Shown: piece by piece, positions 12,151-25,646 of the stretch | Position numbering within the stretch: the first letter of the stretch is position 1 | Layout of the letters: every line of letters begins with the position of its first letter | Assembly: GCF_001194135.2 (NCBI RefSeq) | Contig: NC_068990.1 | Span: 16,141,955 to 16,197,331 of the forward strand | Length of the DNA: 55,377 nt | Source: Octopus bimaculoides | Taxonomy: Eukaryota | Direction of reading: 5' to 3' | Position numbers and translations under genes: made by a program | The notes under the pieces: model-generated | What the model saw: only the letters and a program-made list of their open reading frames with translations | Databases searched by the model: none | What the model was told of the DNA's origin: nothing

Positions 12151-12599
12151 TCGTAAAACTGGCGCTTTGTGGATAAATTGTATAAAAGCTGACAGGAGAA
12201 AAATTTTTAAACAAAATTTGTTCTTCAGCCACACTAGAATAGGATTAATTTGTATTAGTCTGTGTGTATTTAATACTCATCTGTCTATCTATTATACTCT
12301 ACATTTGTGTCTTTATAACTATATCTTTTTGTTTGTGTCTGTTTATTGAAGGATGTTGAGCGCAAGATCATTTGGTCATAGAATCAAATCCTTGGACTGA
12401 GTGACACATTGTGTCTTTAAACATGGTACTTCATTTCCCAGTCTGCTCAGCCATAATAAGTGCCAGCCAGGTATCTGTGCAATTCTCTCTCTCTTTCCCA
12501 CCATCTATCATATCTTAATTATTCTACAGAATTAATGGCGGAAAAGAATCAATATCTGCTTGTGACTACACAGGCACCAAAAGCAATTAGTGAAAGCAT

Positions 12600-12780
12600 G
12601 GACCCCAGTGTCATGCAAATGGCACCCTTGCCATTGGCACATAACAACACCCATTACACTCTCGGAGTGTTGGCATCAGGAAGGGCATCTAGCCATAGAA
12701 AACCATGCCAAATCAGACTGGAGTCTGGTGTAGCCTTCCAGTGTGCCAGCATGGACAACAGACGTTAAATGATGATGATG
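12600..12780 (+). mobile_element. RTE-type 3' tail ending in (GAT)n
   Basis: CCCATTACACTCTCGGAGTG...GGAAGGGCATC...ACGTTAAATGATGATGATG. Many further copies, e.g. 13885, 14960, 32690, 40400, 44770, 50804. Confidence 0.8.
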
Positions 12781-15435
12781 TATGTGCATTTATCTTTTAC
12801 TTGTTTCAGCCATTAGACTGTCGCTATGGAGGCATCACCTTGAACTCTTAGTCGACTGAATTAACCGCTTATTCTATCAATCTCTTATGCTGAACCACTA
12901 AGTTATAGTTGTCGAGTGGTGGTGGGGGACAAACACACACAAAGACTCACACACACAGATATATATACAACAGGCTTCTTTCAGTTTCCATCAATGAAAT
13001 CTGCTTAGAAGGCTTTGGCTGGCTCGAGGCTATAGGTGCCATGCAGTGGGACTGAACCAGGAACCATGTAGCTGGGAAGCAAACTTACCACACTGCCAAA
13101 TCATTACCAAACCATTTAGTTTGTGAGTGAGTGACAACTGGATATAATATGCTTGTATTTAAAAAGAAATATTTTTCAGACCCTAAACTTGAGAAGGATT
13201 TTTATGTATGAGTATGTCAGTTGATATGTCTACTCTTCCTACCTTCAATAAAGTTTCCACAATCATTGCTAAGATAGATGTCAGTATTTCAGTTGGTATT
13301 GCTTTCTGTTGCAATAGATATTCATGGTGATGCAATGGGGATGAACTGAATGGAGTTCACTGAGGGGAACTTCTATGCAGTCACTTAACTTGCTTGAAAA
13401 ACCTACTGAAATTTCTAACAACTCACTACCTTCTGCATATCAAGTAATATAATTCTTAGTAGCTCTGAAAAAAACAGGATGATCATGGTTGGAATGTCTT
13501 TGATCAAAGGCCTGTTCAATCAGTACTGAACTGATCTTGAGTAGGGGTTAAGCAATCCTGCTACCAACATCAGTCACAAAGTTCTTGAACCCTTTTATAA
13601 GGTCCTGTTTGAATGAAAGTCAAAGTGATGACCTCTGCATCTATCCTGTATATACAGAGAGAAACCACTGAAAATACCTTCCAAATGCTTTTTATGTCAG
13701 TAGCTTACTTTGTCACTTTGAGCTATCAGGACACTGCATCCTTCAAAAGTTCCATTCTTCCTGATATTCACCAACACTACTCCTTATATATGTGTGTGCA
13801 CCCTTTCCTCTTTATCATTATTTCACTGTTCACTTTTTTGTCATTTTGTGTTTTATTTTATTTGGTATCTCGTCCTTGAATGTCAATCTTCCATGCTGGC
13901 ATGGGTTGGATGGTTTGTCAGGATATGGTTAGCTGGAAGACTGCATTGAGCTTCAATGCTTACTTACTTTGGCATAATTTCTACAATTGGATGCCCTTCC
14001 TAATTCCAACTACTCTACAATGTACTTGATGGTGTTTTGGTGCGGTGGCACCAGCACTTTGAAGGTCACGTTTACATGCTTCAGGATTCAATCCCATTGT
14101 TTGGTGCATTTGGCCAATGTCTACTGTAGACTCAAGTTGACCTCTATCTTATAATAGGAATTCATTTGAAGAAAATTATAAATGTGTATGTGTATGAAGA
14201 GATGAAGCAATTTTTTCTCCTTTTGAGGGATCTCTAGCAGCTGTGAGATGAGACACTCTAGTGGCCCAGATCGTCTGCCAAACTACTACACAATTCCTCT
14301 CCTACTTTCTCCAGGTACATCTACAGACCAGATTACACTCACCATTACCTTCTCTCTGCCCCTTCCCCCTTGAAATACTCATTTCTTTGCAATTCCCATA
14401 CTCTACTCTCTGACCTCACAACTGCACTCGTCTTTTCTCCTGCACTGTTCCTCCTCTCTTCCAAAGAATCTTTGCATTTTTTTAGTTAGAAGTTCTTTAG
14501 TTCCCAGCTGCACCCAACCAAGCACTTGTCTGATGTGGTCACATCTGATGCATCAGTAACTCTACACTGTGGACTGATCCACTACATCCAAAACTTATGT
14601 GGACGATTGTTGACGAAACCGGTTATAAAAAATTTCGCCTTAAACATTTTTTGCTGTCAGAATATTCACCATGAGAAACCTTCATTTTGAATGACCTCAT
14701 CATGTTTTTTTTTAACATTTAATGTTGTATAAAAACTTTAATGCTTTTATGAAAGCTTTTATTATTCTTTTTTTAGATTTAAAAAAAATGCTTTATCATT
14801 GTCCATACAATGAATTTTCCTATATGGTGAAATTTCTTACAGTAAATTTTCCAGACATGTATGAAACTCTCTGTAGAAAGGGGAGTTTATATATCTACAT
14901 TTCCAGGGTCTCTGCATATATGTAATGCAAATGTATATGTGTGTATAGATCGTCATTCTTATTTAACATCTGTTTTCTGTGCTGGCATGGTTTGGCCAGT
15001 TTGACAGGATATGATGAGCAACAGGATTGTGTCGAGCTCCAGTGTCTGCTTTGACATAGTTTCTATGCTTGCATGTCTTTTCAAACACCAACCACTTTAC
15101 AATCCGTACAGGGTACTTCTCTTGGGCTACTGGCATTAGTGAGCTCTTCAGGTAACTTACAAGACAATACAGTAGAAAGGAGAAAAAGTGGTAAGGGGTC
15201 TTTGTATGCCAGGTGTTGGGGCTAAAATACATGTCAGCGGCCAGTCCAGGTTATCTTGCTATAGAATAGATACATGGCTACCCTGCATCATATAGGGGTG
15301 GATGGGAGTAGCTGGAAATAATATAGAGATGTTTGTTTCTAGATGCCATATATATATAAAATTATATATATTATGAATTAATATTAAATGTGGCATATAC
15401 ATGAGAAGCATACAGTATGTATGTGCGACCAATAT

Positions 15436-15514
<79 letters not shown>

Positions 15515-16902
15515 TAGGTAGAGAAATAGATATGTAGATATATTCTCATTTTTGAAAAACAGATACATGCGACCTACATATGTAAACATACATGTTTATA
15601 TATATATTATTATTATATATATAGTGTATGATACATATACTGCCATTTATTATTTATTAGTATGTCAAGAAGGCTTATGTATGTGTGTGTATATATATCT
15701 TTATACATACACACATACAGTGTATGGCTCATATACCACCATATATTAGTATGTTAAGAAGGCTTATGTGTGTGTGTGTATATACATATACATATATATA
15801 TACATATGCCTGTATGCTGGCCTTAGACTGTAAGTGTATATGCATATTCACATATGTTTTCCATATGGAAAGCAACTAAGAACTCGATGAAGGAAATACC
15901 TGTTTTTTTTTTTGTTTTTTTTCAACAGAGATATGATTTGATAATAAAAAGAAAGAAAAGAATTTTGCTTGAAAGTGCTTATGTTTTTGTTTTAATTATC
16001 ATAATTAGAGAATATGCAGTTCCTATGATATCGTCTGCATTTACAAGATGTATTTGTACCATATGGAAACAATATGTAGTTTGCTTGTGAAAGAGAGTTT
16101 GGTAAATTCAAGAATTTTATGCAATATTGTGAAAGACAATGTTGAAAGCATACAGAAGCAGAGTTGTCTGTGTTGAGAGATAGACATGGCTATGGTTATG
16201 TGATTAAGAAATTTGCTTCCTAACCACATGGTTTTGAGTTCAGTCCTACAGTACAGTACTTTCTATGATAGCTTTTGTCTAACCAAAACCTGTAGGTGCA
16301 GAAATGGCTATTTGGTTAAGAAGCTTGCTCCTCAGCCACTTGGTTTTGGGTGTAGTCCTATTGTATGGCACTTGGGCAAGTATGTTTTATTATAGTCTCT
16401 AAGGTGACCAGTCTTGTGAGTAGATTTGGTTAATGGAGACTGAAAGAAGCCCATTATGTGTGTGTGTGTGTCACATTATTTGATGGTTGTAAACAAGTGT
16501 CACCATCATACAAGTGATGCTGTTTGCTTCCAGTTGTTCATGAAAAACATGTCTGGCCATGGGAAATGTTACCTTGCTTGGAAGCAGATGAGGGTTCGCG
16601 ATATGAAGGGCATCTGGCCATAGAGAATATGCCTCAACAAATTACATGTAACCCATACATTTATAATTTATGTCATTGTTTGTCTAGACTGTTTGTCTTT
16701 CAAATTCTTGATATTTCTGGCAGAATTGTTAGCATGCCAGGCAAAATGCTTAGTGGCATTTTCTCTGTCTTTATGTTCTGAGTTTAAATTTCACTGCAGT
16801 CTTTCATTCTTTGAGGTTGATAAAATAAGTACCAGTTAAGCACTAGGGTTGATGTAATCAACTTATTTGCTTCCCTGAAATTGCTGAACACACAAACGCA
16901 TG

Positions 16903-16951
<49 letters not shown>

Positions 16952-18284
16952 ATTTGGTTGGATAATTTTAGCAACAATACAGGCAAGCTTTATTTTCATA
17001 TTTTCTACAATCTCACCAACTTTACCTTGACAAGAAGCAAAGCCATGTTTTGCCACTAAGGCTAACAATATTATTCTGTCTTAAGTTGCCTCAAATCTTT
17101 GAGTCAAATGTTGTTTTGGAGACCGTGCATGTGTTTTTTTTGTTTGCTTTTTTTTGTTTGTTTGTTTGTTCCCTCCCTTACTAACTTTTAGCTATAACTG
17201 GTCTCTTTTTCTCTCAGCTGATTGAAAGACATGACTGAGTCAGAAACACAAGCAAATGCCAACTCAAACTCCCTGTTCATCTTAACTAACGGCTTTGCAC
17301 ACACACGCACACACACACACATGCTTATTCTCTAAGTTTTCTCATTATCACAATACTGAAATCCCATGTCCTTTCCTGCATGTAGATTATTGACATTCAT
17401 TTTCTGTATTTCATTTCAGTTGGTTTGTTTTTAAACTTTTGTCATGATATTGTTTGGAAGGAAGAATATATATAAATTAAAAGGAAAATGAATTTTACAC
17501 AAGATTTGATACTCTGTCATTCTAGGAAGATATATTGACTATCTTTTACACATTTATACTCTAATCTCAATACCCTAGAGAGATTATTATCATTATTATT
17601 ACTTTTTATTATTATTATTATTATTCTTTTTGTGGTTTACAAATGACTTTTTAATTTATTGTTGGGCTTGATTAGTCTACCCACTATCTTTTGTCTGGTT
17701 TGTGCGTCACTCTCCTCTAATTTTGGAAAAATAATCTCTCTGATATGTTTACCATGTAACTTTTTCCTTGAAAAAGTTTACCAAGTAAACAACTGCCCTT
17801 CACTTTTATTTTATTTTATTTTATATTTTTTTTTATTAGTATTTCTGTAATCACTTCTGATAGTGCAAGGCAAGCATTTAGCTTTTTTGTTTTTCCTTGT
17901 TTTGACAGGAAGTCGACTCGAATTTTCTTTTTTTCTTTTGGTGCATTATTAATGTAATTCCTTTTCTCACCGCCGCCAGCTAAGATAAACAGAAAAGTAA
18001 ATGAATCTGAGAATATGTCGTATTTTGAAGGCCATAAAATATATTTTTGTAATAAATTCTATGCATCCAACTCATGTAAGAAACAGAAAAAAATAACCAA
18101 CATTAGGAAGATGAAATTGTCAGATAAAGGTTGTAAAAGACCAGTATTGATGATGCGCTATTAAAGTAAATTGAAAATATTATTTACTTAAAAATGTTAG
18201 CTTAGATGCTTTTAGTGTGTCTGTACATTATGGAATTACTGTGTCAGATGAAGAATATATTGGGAAGCATTATGTTTAATTTAA

Positions 18285-18506
18285 CCCTTTCATTACTGTG
18301 TTTTTGTTGAATGCACTATCTTTAATCCATTTAATTTTGAAAATAATGAAGAATTTAGCAAAATATCTTTGAAATTGTTAAGCTGCTGTTTGGAATATAA
18401 ATTAACAAGGAATCTTGATGGAAGGTTTTAAATTAAATAATTTTAAAACATAAATTTTTGTATCTTGCAACTAAGAGTAATCTCAGGTAGGTTGGTACCA
18501 AAAGGG
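18285..18506 (+). mobile_element. piggyBac-type MITE family A, full length
   Basis: TTAA|CCCTTT...AAAGGG|TTAA, 222 bp. Other copies: 19068, 19231, 19800, 22686, 26335, 28120, 29191, 31970, 36050, 36310, 39160, 47947. Confidence 0.85.
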
Positions 18507-19230
18507 TTAAGTGATTCTCTCTGTGTGCAGTACCACTTTGTTTAAAATATAATAAACCTGTTGCATTATTTGTTGATTTAGCAGTTGAGCAAAAGAACTA
18601 GAGTTGATTTGTTCAACTACTGACTGCATAAGGTGGTGCTCCAGCATGGTCACAGCCCATTGCCTGATAAAAGTAAATGAATTAATCCTACTCCAACTCT
18701 AATGTTGCAAAAGAAATCAGGGCTCATAAACTTGAAAAATGGTGACAAATTAGGTGAAGTAAAGAATAATTTCTGACCTTTGATATATCTATAGATGAGG
18801 AAATTGTGTCAGATGCTAAATATATTGCTAAAATAATATTTGGAGAAAATTCCATACAAGTGTTTGACATGTTTGGATAGTTCCTTGTTGGCGTAATAGA
18901 TTCCTTTGTTGACACAGAAGACTATCAGATCAGGTTTCGTGAAATCTTGCATGTTGCACTTGGTTATTTACAGTTAAGTCTGCTGAAATGGTTTACTACT
19001 ATTGGGAAGTATTTCTCTTGTACTTTGTGTTCTTGTATTACGTTGTTTGTAAAAAACAAATCATTAACCCTTCTGTTACAATATTTCTGTTGAAATTTAC
19101 TGCCTTTGTTTCAATTAATTTTGAAAATAATGAATTATTTATTAAAATAACATTGTCATTATGAAACTGATATTTAGAACATAAATCAATATGAAATTTT
19201 GATGGAAGGTTTTAATGTAGTTCACCTTAA

Positions 19231-19441
19231 CCCTTTTGTTACCATATTTCCATTGAAATACACTGCTATTGTTTCAATTAATTTTGAAAATAATGAAGAA
19301 TTTAGTAAAATAACTTTATCATTTTTAAGCTGGTGTTTGGAACATAAATTAACATAAAATTTTGATGAAAGGTTTTAAATTAGATCACTTGAAGAAGTGA
19401 TAGAACCAGGGGTCATCTCCAGCATGTTATTATGAAAAGGG
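19231..19441 (+). mobile_element. piggyBac-type MITE A inserted at the internal TTAA of another MITE A copy (19068-19230)
   Basis: TTAA at 19227-19230 and 19442-19445, with CCCTTTT/AAAAGGG ends. Confidence 0.8.
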
Positions 19442-19902
19442 TTAATCTCACTACTCCCTTTCATATATAGATTGAAATAAATTAAACTCAAAGAATATTA
19501 AAGTAATTTTGAAACAGAAATAATCTCAAGCAAATTAAATTTTCTTCTAATTAATTCTTTCTACAATAGACACAAAGCCTGAAATTTTGGGGGAGGGTGC
19601 TGGTTGATTACATTAACCCGAGTGCTCAATTGGTATTTATTTTATCGACCCTGAAAGGATGAAAGCAAAGTCAATCTTTGTAGAATTTGAACTCAGAATG
19701 TAAAGCCAAAAGAAATGCCACAAAGCATTTTGTCTGCTGTACTAAAGAATCAGGCAGTTTGCCAGCTTAAACGTTTATCTAAAGAGTAGTAAATGAACAT
19801 TTTTGTTACTATATTTCTGTTGAAAATATCCAGCCTTTGTTTAAATTAATTTTGAAAATAATGGAGAATTTAATAAAATAACTGTCATTATTAAACTAAT
19901 GT

Positions 19903-20114
19903 AAGGTGGTGAGCTGGCGGAATCGTTAGCATGCTGGGCAAAATGCTTAGTGGTATTTCCCTGTCGCTATGTTCTGAGTTCAAATTCTGCTGAGGTCGAC
20001 TTTACCTTTCATCCTCTTGGGGTCGATAAAATAAGTAGCAGTTTAACACTGGGGTCGACGTAATCAACTCATCCCTTTCCCTAAAACTGCTGCCCTTGTG
20101 GCAAAACTTGAAAC
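19903..20114 (+). mobile_element. Nin/Deu-like SINE inserted in a MITE A, with a 17-bp TSD
   Basis: CATTATTAAACTAATGT at 19886-19902 and 20115-20131. Body contains TTACCTTTCATCCTCTTGGGGTCGATAAAATAAGTAGCAG. The MITE resumes after the TSD. Confidence 0.9.
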
Positions 20115-20830
20115 CATTATTAAACTAATGTGTGAAGCAAATTAGCATAAAATTTTAATGGAAGGTTTTTAATTTAGATCACTTTAAAAGTTTGTGTCAT
20201 AGATCTAGGGGCACTCTGAAAAGGGTTGGTATTAAAAGAGTTAAAGTTCAGTTTTAACTGGCAACATTTCTTGAACAAGTAATTAAAACATCTTTCATGA
20301 ATCTGTGGAAATCATCAACTTAGGAAACTAAATGAAATTGTTTTCCCATCAAGTTGATTTGCTGCAATTAATCCATATGTTGAAGATTCTGCAGCAAGTG
20401 ATTCACTAGGTGAATGTTCTTGACTTTCACACACACCCCTGTAGTTCAAATATGATGCACAATCTCTCCATATCCAATTATATACTGTTGCTTTCTTAAC
20501 ACCATGTGCAGTTACAATGGCTTCTTGATGTTCTTGTACACTAGCAGACAGCATGTATGCTGTTTGTCTGAGATCTTCTTGCCCTAAAATTCCACACTAT
20601 GGTGGTGGTGGTGGGGTTCTGTTGTATTTTCTTGGTGCTGTCATATCATTTTTAGCATACAGTTTGTCCTACTATTCATTGAACAAACAGCAGAGGTCAT
20701 TGTTATATATGGTGATCAATTAAGGAACATGGAGAGACTATCAAATCAAATTTTAAAACCAAGTTCAAAGAGTTGATTTGTCATGAGGAGTGAAAAAAAA
20801 CCCCTAGCATTTCAGATATTTGTTCTTGAG

Positions 20831-20880
<50 letters not shown>

Positions 20881-21365
20881 ATGTATCTTATTGACCAGGC
20901 TGCAAAAATACTTATGAAACATTGTAACCTAGGCAGAATGATCCCCACCCCTCTCTCTCTGAAGAAGGCCAAGTGATATGCTGGAGTGTTTCTTTACAAC
21001 AAGCCTACACACTGAACTCTCCTATAAATTCTTAATGGATAAATTTTCACCAACACAGACCACCCAGTTTTCTCAGATTCTAAATTTTATGTTATTGAGA
21101 CTAAATGTGACTGTGAGGATTAAAGTGGAGCTGTGAGGATTATCTGAGTTTTGTTTTGTTTTATAAGAAGTGAATAATTTAAATACTTTTAGAAGTAAAA
21201 AATGTTGGTTTTTTAATGCCTTTAGGGACAAGTATAGCTAAGTGGTTAAGAAGTTTGCTTCCCAATCATATGGTTTTGAGCAAGAGGCTTCTACTATATC
21301 CCTGAACTGACCAAAGCATTATGAGTGGATTTGGTAGATAGAAACTGTGTGGAAGCCTGTTGTAT

Positions 21366-21656
21366 CATTGATTTAATGTCCACTTTCCTATGCTTGCATG
21401 GGTCAGGCTGAGTTTATTGAGACAGATTTTCTATGGCTGGATGGCCTTCTTGTTTCCAAGCAAGGTAATATTTCTCAATGGCCAGACATGGTTTTGTAGA
21501 ATTTTGGAAATGACACTGCTTGTTTGACAGTGACACTCACTTACAACTGTCAAGACAAAGAGACACAAACATACACATACATACACACTCATACAACACA
21601 CAATCACACACATACATACATACACATACAAAGAATAAGCTTGTGAAGACAAGGAG

Positions 21657-21689
<33 letters not shown>

Positions 21690-21703
21690 CATATACATGC
21701 ATG

Positions 21704-21735
<32 letters not shown>

Positions 21736-21898
21736 TGCACACAGAAACAAATAATAGAATTCCTTCAGTTTCTCCCTACCAAATCCACTTCAAAGCTTTA
21801 ATTTGTTTGTGGGTCTAGTAGAAGACACTTGCCCAAGCTGCCACACAGTGGAACTTGAACTTGAAACCAATGTGGTCCTTAATTTCACAGCCACTCCA
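21366..21898 (-). mobile_element. CORE-like SINE with alternative RTE-type tail (tail B)
   Basis: Head 21755-21898, CA microsatellite, then a tail containing (sense) GAAGGCCATCCAGCC...CCATGCAAGCATAGG. Same layout at 27534-27968 (-), 50121-50520 (+) and 16294-16640 (+). Confidence 0.7.
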
Positions 21899-23006
21899 TG
21901 ATAAAGTCTATCATTACATTTTTATTTCTACCTAATGCAAAGCTTGAATCTTAATTTCTTTGAGAAGAGGGAGAGTGGGTGAGAAAATTCGCATCAATGT
22001 TGCTTTACTGTTTTTTTTTAAAAATTATATTTTTAGTCTATACATTTGGAAACAAGTTAAATTTGTTAAAAAAACTGTAATTGCCTCAGGGCTAGAATCA
22101 TTTAAAAGTAATTACATCCTTAATTAATATTTCAATCCTTTTTCTAACATGCATTTTTTGAAAAATTTGTTTTATAATTTAAGCATTCAGATTAAATTAT
22201 TTTTATTATTGAAAAGAAAGAAACAAAAAAACCCCAAAATCAAAACAAAGTTACAACAAGCAAGCAAAAATTTAACAAACATCAACTTTCTCTCTCAGCA
22301 GAGAGTATTCTCATTAATCTAGTGAGTGGGTTGCTTTGCTCATTTGTTACTAGATTTCTCTTGAAATGCACTGTAGATGTGGCTGTGTGGTTAAGAAGTT
22401 TGCTTCCCAACCATGTAGTTTTGAGTTCAGTCTCACTGTGTGGCACCTTGAATAACTCTCTTCCTTTATAGTCCAGGGTTAATCAAAGCCTTGTTAGTGG
22501 ATTTGGTAGATGGAAACTGAAAGAAGACCAATTATATATATAGTCAATTAAAATAAACAATCAATTCAGATAAATGAATAATAAAATTAACAAACAAAAA
22601 GATGTGTACAAGGATGTATTAGCTTGATGCTCAGTAAAGAGAGAGAACCAAGAAAGCTCTTGTTGATTTAACAGTTTTGTTTTAACTCGTTTGATGTCAA
22701 CCTATGTGACACCACTTCTCTGATACATACTCCATTTTTAGAAGTTATATATATTAAAACTTTCCACTAAAATTCCATGTCAATTCAGGTACTAAACACC
22801 AATTTAAAAATAACAAAATTGTTTTACTAAATTCTTTATTATTTTCAAAATAAAATGAAACAAAGGTGTTGTATTTCAACCAAAATTACGGTAACAAGAG
22901 AGTTAAGAATATCATCATTACCCTAACCAGTGATTTCAAAATCCATTCTGTTATAGTCTGTATTCTCTTTTCTTTTTCTTCCAAACATAATGATTCCAGG
23001 GTTTAA

Positions 23007-23226
23007 CCCTTTAGCAATTAAACTGGCCATATCTGGCCCAAATATTCTACCTATTTTATGTTCAAACTGACCAGATCCAGCCTCTCACACATACCCTACA
23101 GTGCCAATCTAAAAATTAAAAATCGTATCATTGAAATCTCAAAGCTATGAGGTAATGCATGTTTAATTCAAAACAATATAAATTAATAGCCATTACATTT
23201 CACAGAGTAATCTGAATGCTAAAGGG
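23007..23226. mobile_element. piggyBac-type MITE family B, full length, 220 bp
   Basis: TTAA|CCCTTTAGCA...TGCTAAAGGG|TTAA, with perfect 10-bp TIRs. Confidence 0.9.
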
Positions 23227-23572
23227 TTAACTTTGCTATCTTACCCCAAACCTTGTTTATTAGTTCACTGCACTTTTTAACTCTTCTCACTAGAGAATGG
23301 TTATTGCTCTTTTGCTGGAATCCACTGATAATTTTGATATCCAATTGTTTTCTCAATCCCCTTGCACTGTAGGCCATCATTCACTTTATAAATAATTGCC
23401 AATCTGACCTAATAATAGATGAGTGTATTTTTATTTTCTAATTTTTTAAACTTTCTTTCTAGGGAATAGTATCTGGCTTCACTATTCTGACACCATCATT
23501 ACTTCCTGTTCCTCTGCCAGACTTCAAAATAACCACTACAACATCTATACATTAGTAGACAATGTGTTTGTT

Positions 23573-23609
<37 letters not shown>

Positions 23610-23709
23610 CGCACATACATACATATACACATATATATACACACACATATATATATATATACATATACATATATATGTGTGTCTGTGTGTGTGTGTGTGT
23701 ATATATATA

Positions 23710-23915
23710 AGAGACCAAAGTGTATGTACGCCGCTATATTTTTATATATAAAAAATACAAAAATGGGACAAGAACGCAAAACATCCAGACAGTTAGGTGA
23801 TACAAAAAAGGGATAACAAAACATCCAGACAAACAATACAAAGAAAACAAGGACAGGTAATTTGGAGTTTTCTTTCCTCAGTCGAGTTCCAGATTATCTT
23901 TGCAGTTTCGGCTGG

Positions 23916-23917
<2 letters not shown>
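23710..23917 (-). mobile_element. Probable Penelope-like 3' end of a different family, flanked by (TA)n on both sides
   Basis: Minus strand begins CCAGCCGAAACTGCAAAGA, resembling the 3' half of the family A hammerhead. Internal direct repeat AAAACATCCAGACA occurs twice. Confidence 0.35.
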
Positions 23918-23955
<38 letters not shown>

Positions 23956-24537
23956 AGTTGTCATACATGACTACCAATATGAAATGGTTGGTTACAATTT
24001 CTAGAGTAACTGTGTGGCATTGTGATATATCTTCATCCCAGTGGGACATGTTCTTGTTTAACATATGGCCATGTGGTTGACAAGTTTGCCTTGCACCGAC
24101 GAGGTTTTGGGTTCAGTCTCACTACACTGCTCCTTCAGCTGGGGTCTTGTTGTCATTCCCTCAGATCACCTATTTCAAACAAGTAAGAATTGTCTTGGTG
24201 CTGGAGCATTCATTATTTACAGTCATATGCATGTATGTATGTATGTATGTATGTATGTATGTATGTGTGTGTTAAGAACACTGATATCTGTTGAGGTTTT
24301 TGATAAACAAAGTATTTTTTCTTGTTGTAAACAAAGAAATCTGTTGTTACTGTGAATGACAAAGCATCAAGAAGAGTTTGAATACTACTGTTCTTGGTGT
24401 GATTGTAGCAGCAGTCCAAGTGTGGTGATGGTGGTGCTGTTGACATTTGTCATTGTTCAGCTGTTGTTAGCTTGGATCAGCTGTTGTCCACCATCTCTTC
24501 ACCCTCTTCTGATTGTCTCTCTATGCTGTCCCTCACT

Positions 24538-24581
<44 letters not shown>

Positions 24582-25589
24582 CATAGCTCAGGTGCACCAA
24601 ATTTATAGTAATAGCTAGGTTCAAAAAGAAACATGCCTAAAAATTAAATTGTTACTGGAGCTTATACCACGCAGAGTTTTGATTGGATTAAATATGACTG
24701 TACATGTGTATATTTTATGCAATGACTCTAGTGTGCATATGTATATGTGCACGCATGCGCAAACACACACACAGTAGGTTTCTTTCAGTTTTTGCCTACT
24801 AAATTGTCTCACAAAGCTTTGGTTGTCTTAGGTTATAGTAGATGACACTTGGGCAAGGTTTCATGCAATGGAACTCAACCCTAGACTGTGTGGCTGGAAA
24901 GCAAACTTCTTAACCACTCAGCCACTCTAATGCTTACAATTTACTCTCATTGTAACTCATAATAATAACATACACTATTTATTTATTTTATTCTAGCATG
25001 GTGCCCAGTCATTTAAAAATAAATAAAAATTAATAAAAAAAATATTACCATGATTACTAGGTATTCTTATTAGTCTCAGTCTGTATGTGGTAATTGCTAA
25101 AAGCCATTTTTAGAATATTTTCTTTTCCAATGCCAGCTTTGGAACAAACATGATGGATCATGGGACAGGGGGGTTTATTGTTACGAGAACAATACTCATT
25201 TTCTTACCTTCAATTGTTTCTGTTATGAAGCTCTGTCTGTGTGTGTGCATGCACGTGCATGTGCGTGTTGCATTTATGTTTCAGTGTGTGTGTGTGTATG
25301 TATATATATATAATGAATGACTGCCATTTATATTGTTTGATTCTTATGTAAAGTACTTCCCTTTAATTGGCTCATTCTCTGCTGCAGAGAAAAACCTTTC
25401 AGATATATTTTCCTTGGTGTTCAAAATGTCATTCGAGTACAAAACATTTTCTTGCAAAGCTTAATTTTTTGTTTTCTTTTGTTTGCAAACCTGTTCACCT
25501 CCTCATAATATGAAAGCATAAACATACAAAGAGAGAACAACAAAATAAAAAATGCAAGCCAAATTATAAAACTGGATGCATGTACACTT

Positions 25590-25646
<57 letters not shown>

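Noticed and set aside
15822-15836. Possible 3-nt microexon TTAG|ACT|GTAAGT
   Set aside because: Embedded in microsatellite with no polypyrimidine tract; expected by chance.
18805-18955. Minus-strand ORF MQDFTKPDLIVFCVNKGIYYANKELSKHVKHLYG...
   Set aside because: Only about 47 aa, no convincing in-frame splice pair and no recognised homology.
23860-23885. Minus-strand CTGAGGA...GAAA
   Set aside because: No stem II between the motifs.
24356-24586. 76-aa hydrophobic ORF resembling a small membrane protein
   Set aside because: Built from GTG/TTG-rich low-complexity sequence running into (CT)n; no supporting splice or promoter signal.
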